DNA of 64,000 nt from a virus. Below the pieces are notes generated by a model. That model saw only the letters and a list, made by a program, of their open reading frames with translations, searched no databases and was not told the DNA's origin. This document shows positions 59,695-64,000 of this stretch, in pieces; the first letter of the stretch is position 1, and each line of letters starts with the position of its first letter. The stretch is taken from the IMG/VR virus record IMGVR_UViG_3300030037_000006, positions 26,762-90,761 of that record; one strand, 5' to 3'. The translations under genes were made by a program, and so were the position numbers.

Positions 59695-61572
59695 ATGGCA
59701 ACTAATTGTGTAGGCAATGAATTAGAGTGTGATACCGATTGCTCAACAGCTGAAGAATTAGCGCTAGCCAATACTTGGCTCAGTTCATCGGTAAATATCA
59801 ACGAGACTCCGGATCCTGCTACTATAAACAGAGGAATCAGTAAGCTGTATCAAAACGATACAGCTATTCTAGAATATATATCAACAATCATTAGTACAAG
59901 TTTTTCTGACGGTATTGTTGGATGCATAAAAGCATTAGAACAATCATGTGTTAGATTAGACATGGAATATATTACAAACAATCTTTGTATCGATACTTTA
60001 AGCGATGAAATAGATGCTTCAATTGAACGTGCAATGGATGACTTAACTGATGTTTGTCTGACTACGCTCTCACATGGAGACACTATAACATGGGATTCTA
60101 ATACAGAATGTTTCACTAACACTCCAGTTGAGACGATAGGTACTGTAGTTCAAATGGAAAATGTTTTAGGTAAGATTTCTGACATAGCATCATCATCAAA
60201 TACTTTTGGCGATGATCGTACTGAGCTAGTACCAGTAACAAATCAATATGATATCAATATTGTAGATATAAATTATACCGAATTAGGACTAGTAGTAGAA
60301 GCAGAATCAATAACTTCTATTAATATTATAGCACGTAACTTTGGTAGATATGATACTGAAACTCCTACTGCTCAAAAATGGAAAACTGAAGCACTCCTTT
60401 CTACAGGTTGGACAGAACTTCAATCTTACATAGCTTTTAATGTGGATGATGATGGTGGAATAGCAACTTTCGTAGAAGTACCTTACAAAGAGTCTTTCAA
60501 TCTCGGTGTTATATCATTAAGACAAGTTCTTTCTAACGCTAACATTACTGGCGACTATGCTTTTGATATTGATGGCTTTCCTGTTAATAGTATCACTGTT
60601 GATTCAGTAACTTACAGTCAGACTAAGACTAATGTTGCATTTGCTAAAACTGAGATTATTAAAGGATATGTTGAAGAAAGAGCCGTGTCAGATGGATCAA
60701 TCGATTCAACTACTATGCCAGAAACAACTCTAAGTAATTACTCATCTACTCTTGGAGTAGAAGCAGATTGGACAAATATATTTGATTTAGTAGTTCCTCC
60801 TTCTACATATCTCACTGACATAACAATAGACTTATCGAGTATACATGCCGGTGCAGTTGAAGTTGCAGGTGACGATCCTGGATCAGTTGATGGTGGTGGA
60901 AGTGTTGCAAGTGCCGATGGTCATATAGTAATTGATTGGGCATTGAATACAGTTAAAGGACACCTTTCGTATTATACTACAAATGCTTTAGCTGATATAA
61001 AAGCAGTATACTTTGATGGTGCAGTAGGTACAGTAGTTAATGGACTCAATGGTGGAATTTCTACTTTAGATGTATTATCTTCTATATCAACGGGCAATAA
61101 ATTAATTAAGAGTCTTCCAGTAGTTTGTGATTTTGTTTCTAACGATATTCTAACTCGTAACGTTTCATATAAGATTAAGCATTATCATATAGCAGATCTG
61201 TCAGTTATAGAACAAGCATTTGAAACTCAGCTTCCTATTGTCACTGACGAAGCTTTAACTATAGCACCTCCTAATAGCATTATTCAGTTTGTTCAAGCGA
61301 ATATGGGTGCACATGAATTAAAGAATGTTGCACTACCAGATTCAGATGTAACTCCTATCGGAACTAGAGTAACATTTGTAAAATCTTTTGTAGGTGACCT
61401 TTTAATTTATACACCAACTTTTGACACTATTATTAACGAAACCAACTTGTATAATACAACCGAATCAGAAAGCTGGGGTGCTAAAATTACTCTTATGCTA
61501 GTAAGTGACGGTAACTGGATTATCGATAACGCAGTTGGTACATGGCATTCAGATGCTTCACAACTCACATAA
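59695..61572 (+). CDS. Tail fibre-like structural protein
   Basis: Late promoter 59653-59660; beta-rich; C-terminal VALP...GTRVTFVK...ITLMLVSDGNWII. Confidence 0.6.
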   Translation: MATNCVGNELECDTDCSTAEELALANTWLSSSVNINETPDPATINRGISKLYQNDTAILEYISTIISTSFSDGIVGCIKALEQSCVRLDMEYITNNLCIDTLSDEIDASIERAMDDLTDVCLTTLSHGDTITWDSNTECFTNTPVETIGTVVQMENVLGKISDIASSSNTFGDDRTELVPVTNQYDINIVDINYTELGLVVEAESITSINIIARNFGRYDTETPTAQKWKTEALLSTGWTELQSYIAFNVDDDGGIATFVEVPYKESFNLGVISLRQVLSNANITGDYAFDIDGFPVNSITVDSVTYSQTKTNVAFAKTEIIKGYVEERAVSDGSIDSTTMPETTLSNYSSTLGVEADWTNIFDLVVPPSTYLTDITIDLSSIHAGAVEVAGDDPGSVDGGGSVASADGHIVIDWALNTVKGHLSYYTTNALADIKAVYFDGAVGTVVNGLNGGISTLDVLSSISTGNKLIKSLPVVCDFVSNDILTRNVSYKIKHYHIADLSVIEQAFETQLPIVTDEALTIAPPNSIIQFVQANMGAHELKNVALPDSDVTPIGTRVTFVKSFVGDLLIYTPTFDTIINETNLYNTTESESWGAKITLMLVSDGNWIIDNAVGTWHSDASQLT

Positions 61573-61584
61573 GGAAAATAAATA

Positions 61585-62925
61585 ATGCCACAAGACATAA
61601 ACATACCATCACTGAGTTCAATTGACGGATGTGATGATACTGTAAATGACATGGTGATCAAACTTAACTCTAATTTTGGAGTTATTGATAATCCGGGTAC
61701 CACTGCTTTAATAGGTCTCGGATCACCTGCAAATAGTGATACAGTTTTAAATGAATCTACAGATGATTTCTTTTGGATCACCACAGCAACTCTTAATGAA
61801 AAGCTGAGTAATACTGACAGTCTTATTCCAGTAGCACACAACACTTATGATTTAGGTACAGTAGCTTTACAGTATGCTAATGCATTTATAAACACTCTCA
61901 ACGTTACTGATATTAATGTAAGTAATTCTATTATATATAATGGAGCAGATGTTCTTACTATATCCGGAGATGCATGGTACATTAATGGAGTGCCAATGAC
62001 AACTGCGGCTTCTACTGCACATAGTCTTGATTCACATGATGATATTCTTTTTCCTGCAGCAAGAGATGATGGCAAAGTTCTAGTTTCAAGAGCAGGTAAT
62101 CGTTTCGATTATGAATATCCAGCACTCATTGATATTGAAAACAACATACCTAGTTTAAATGACACTATCGGATTTGACGGTGTTAACTTTATTCCGACTG
62201 CTCCAGTAGATCCAGGAGACTCTTTAACAACTGTAGGTGTACAGACTCAGATTGATGATTCAATTGCTTTACTTGATCCTCAATCTGGCGATTGGTTAGT
62301 TGAAGAAAACAACTTAGTATTAGGTGGAGTTGGTACAGAATTAGAAGGTGCTAATAAAATATTAATGAATACTGAAAGTGGTAACAAAACTTTAAGTTTA
62401 GAAGTCACAGGTGGTATAACATTAGAAGGTACAAATGTTGAAGTAATTACATATCTAGGTGTCACATCTAACACATTACTAATTAGTACTGTTGGTGTCA
62501 CTACAATTAATGGTGCCTCTACTTATACAATGGATACTAACGGTCAACGCTTAATCATGATATATGATGTAGCTGCGGATGATTTTAGAGTTAGTGATTC
62601 TATATTAGCAGCAGGTGCCGGACCTTATATTGTTTCTAATACTAGTAATGCAAATGGACATGTTAAAATATTATCAGATGGTTTTGTTGAAATGACAGGT
62701 TTATCTGGTTCTGTAAGTAATGGAACAATCGTAGTTAATCTTCCAGTTACTATGGCAGATCTAACATATAATATTCAAGCTACACCTAAGAGAGCAGGAA
62801 CAGTTACAGGTGCTAATATAGCTTACGGTGACGCTACATCTACTAGTCAAATTACATTAACATTGGATAGTCACTCAGCAGGTCAATCTTGGCCAATATA
62901 TTGGTCAGTACAGGGTTTCATGTAA
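61585..62925 (+). CDS. Tail fibre protein
   Basis: LIPVAHNTYDLGT motif; C-terminal NGHVKILSDGFVEMTG...VNLPVTM...YWSVQG fibre-tip domain. Confidence 0.7.
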   Translation: MPQDINIPSLSSIDGCDDTVNDMVIKLNSNFGVIDNPGTTALIGLGSPANSDTVLNESTDDFFWITTATLNEKLSNTDSLIPVAHNTYDLGTVALQYANAFINTLNVTDINVSNSIIYNGADVLTISGDAWYINGVPMTTAASTAHSLDSHDDILFPAARDDGKVLVSRAGNRFDYEYPALIDIENNIPSLNDTIGFDGVNFIPTAPVDPGDSLTTVGVQTQIDDSIALLDPQSGDWLVEENNLVLGGVGTELEGANKILMNTESGNKTLSLEVTGGITLEGTNVEVITYLGVTSNTLLISTVGVTTINGASTYTMDTNGQRLIMIYDVAADDFRVSDSILAAGAGPYIVSNTSNANGHVKILSDGFVEMTGLSGSVSNGTIVVNLPVTMADLTYNIQATPKRAGTVTGANIAYGDATSTSQITLTLDSHSAGQSWPIYWSVQGFM

Positions 62926-62968
62926 TATGATAAATATATTCGAATATATAACTAAAGGAACTCGATAA

Positions 62969-63433
62969 ATGAGATACTACAACAAAACTACAAAGAACGA
63001 AGCTATTGTAGGATTCCATACAATAGGAGCGGACTGTATTGGTTTAGCAGATGATCATATTTTTTGGTCTCCTATACCAGAAGGAAAACAGTTAGACTAT
63101 GATGGAGATGCTCTTCCTATTCTAATAGATGAAGTTATAGATACTGTAGCTGCTGCTAAAGAAATTCTTAGACGTGATCTAGATATTGCTCTTGATAATT
63201 TAACTGTAACGATAGCAGGTGGTAAAGATTTCGAAATTAACCATGAGACTCAGTACAAATATCAAACTGCTATTAAACATTTAGATGCTCTTGAAACTAT
63301 AGGGTGGACTTTGGCCGATGGTACTTATGATACTACTGTTACTAAAGAAGAATTAGAAGAAGCTTTAGAACTTGGTGAAATTCAAGGTATGACTTTAGAA
63401 GGCGATTATCACGCAGCTAAAGCTTTATTGTAA
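62969..63433 (+). CDS. DUF4376-like tail fibre assembly protein
   Basis: PEGKQLDYDGDALPILID; LTVTIAGGKDFE...IGWTLADGT...VTKEELEEAL. Confidence 0.65.
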   Translation: MRYYNKTTKNEAIVGFHTIGADCIGLADDHIFWSPIPEGKQLDYDGDALPILIDEVIDTVAAAKEILRRDLDIALDNLTVTIAGGKDFEINHETQYKYQTAIKHLDALETIGWTLADGTYDTTVTKEELEEALELGEIQGMTLEGDYHAAKALL

Positions 63434-63468
63434 AACATATGTTTATTAGATATTAAAGGAGACTTATT

Positions 63469-63885
63469 ATGTCAATTAAATCATTTAAATTTGGGTCAGC
63501 AGCAGTTCGTAATGGTACTACAATTTCTCAAATTGACAATACTGATATGATAGTTTTGGATTTAAGTACTACACAGTCAGCTGGCAGTGCTGCTCTAGCA
63601 TTGGCTATGGCTCAAGCATTAATGCCATCTCCATATAAATCGTTCGTTGGAGTAAAATATTCTACTAATGATGTTACTGCAGTCGACGCAGCCGGGCTTA
63701 CTGTAAATATTTCATACCATGATTCGTGGTATGTAGGTAATGCCGGACCAAGTACTACTAGAACGGTAAGCGCTCCAGTTTCTGCTGTTGCTACTAATGA
63801 TACAATTTTAAATATGTTCACTGATTGGTATGTAATAGACGGTGCGTCATGGACTTATGTTACAACTGAACAAGGAGCAACTTAA
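63469..63885 (+). CDS. Hypothetical (structural?) protein
   Basis: 138 aa, RBS AAGGAG. Confidence 0.65.
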   Translation: MSIKSFKFGSAAVRNGTTISQIDNTDMIVLDLSTTQSAGSAALALAMAQALMPSPYKSFVGVKYSTNDVTAVDAAGLTVNISYHDSWYVGNAGPSTTRTVSAPVSAVATNDTILNMFTDWYVIDGASWTYVTTEQGAT

Positions 63886-63886
63886 T

Positions 63887-64000
63887 ATGCCATCTAATTT
63901 TTACCAGTTTGGTACAGGCGGTACTAGGACAACTACTGATATAGCAGGAGTAGATACAACTGATATGACAATTGTAGATCTTTCAGCTACTCAAGCTATT
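63887..64000 (+). CDS. Partial paralog of preceding gene, runs off window
   Basis: MPSNFYQFGTGGTRTTTDIAGVDTTDMTIVDLSATQA vs MSIKSFKFGSAAVRNGTTISQIDNTDMIVLDLSTTQS; RBS AAGGAG. Confidence 0.65.
   Translation, partial: MPSNFYQFGTGGTRTTTDIAGVDTTDMTIVDLSATQAI

Overview
AT-rich, densely coding 64 kb segment of a large T4-like (Tevenvirinae-related, probably jumbo) myophage genome. It uses the standard genetic code, and I saw no tRNA, rRNA or CRISPR. It carries T4-type core genes in scrambled order. Virion genes: sheath gp18 (partial), neck gp13/gp14, terminase gp17, gp3, gp15, portal-protease-scaffold-MCP (gp20-21-67-22-23), gp4, baseplate/tube genes and tail-fibre genes. Replication and metabolism genes: late sigma gp55, gp47/gp46, RNase H, gp62, family B polymerase, primase, helicase, topoisomerase gp52, NrdA and dCMP deaminase. 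Accessory genes include GroES/GroEL, a methyltransferase, a KpsS-like protein, an LRR protein and two free-standing endonucleases. Most notable: (1) The DNA polymerase stops 37 aa after YGDTD in a cysteine-less, atypically short split-intein N-fragment. A Vsr-like homing endonuclease follows, with its RBS locked in a 14-bp hairpin around a late promoter, and the IntC-polymerase partner is nowhere in the window. (2) NrdA is split into two genes inside the active site with no intervening element. (3) A convergent SLOG/PRTase pair, with a capsid-targeting-like leader on the PRTase. (4) An early gene carrying a copy of an MCP motif. (5) A catalytically dead RNase H paralog. (6) A GATAAATA late-promoter variant, and an origin-like intergenic region with a G-quadruplex motif. 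All calls come from motif recognition by eye; no database searches were run.
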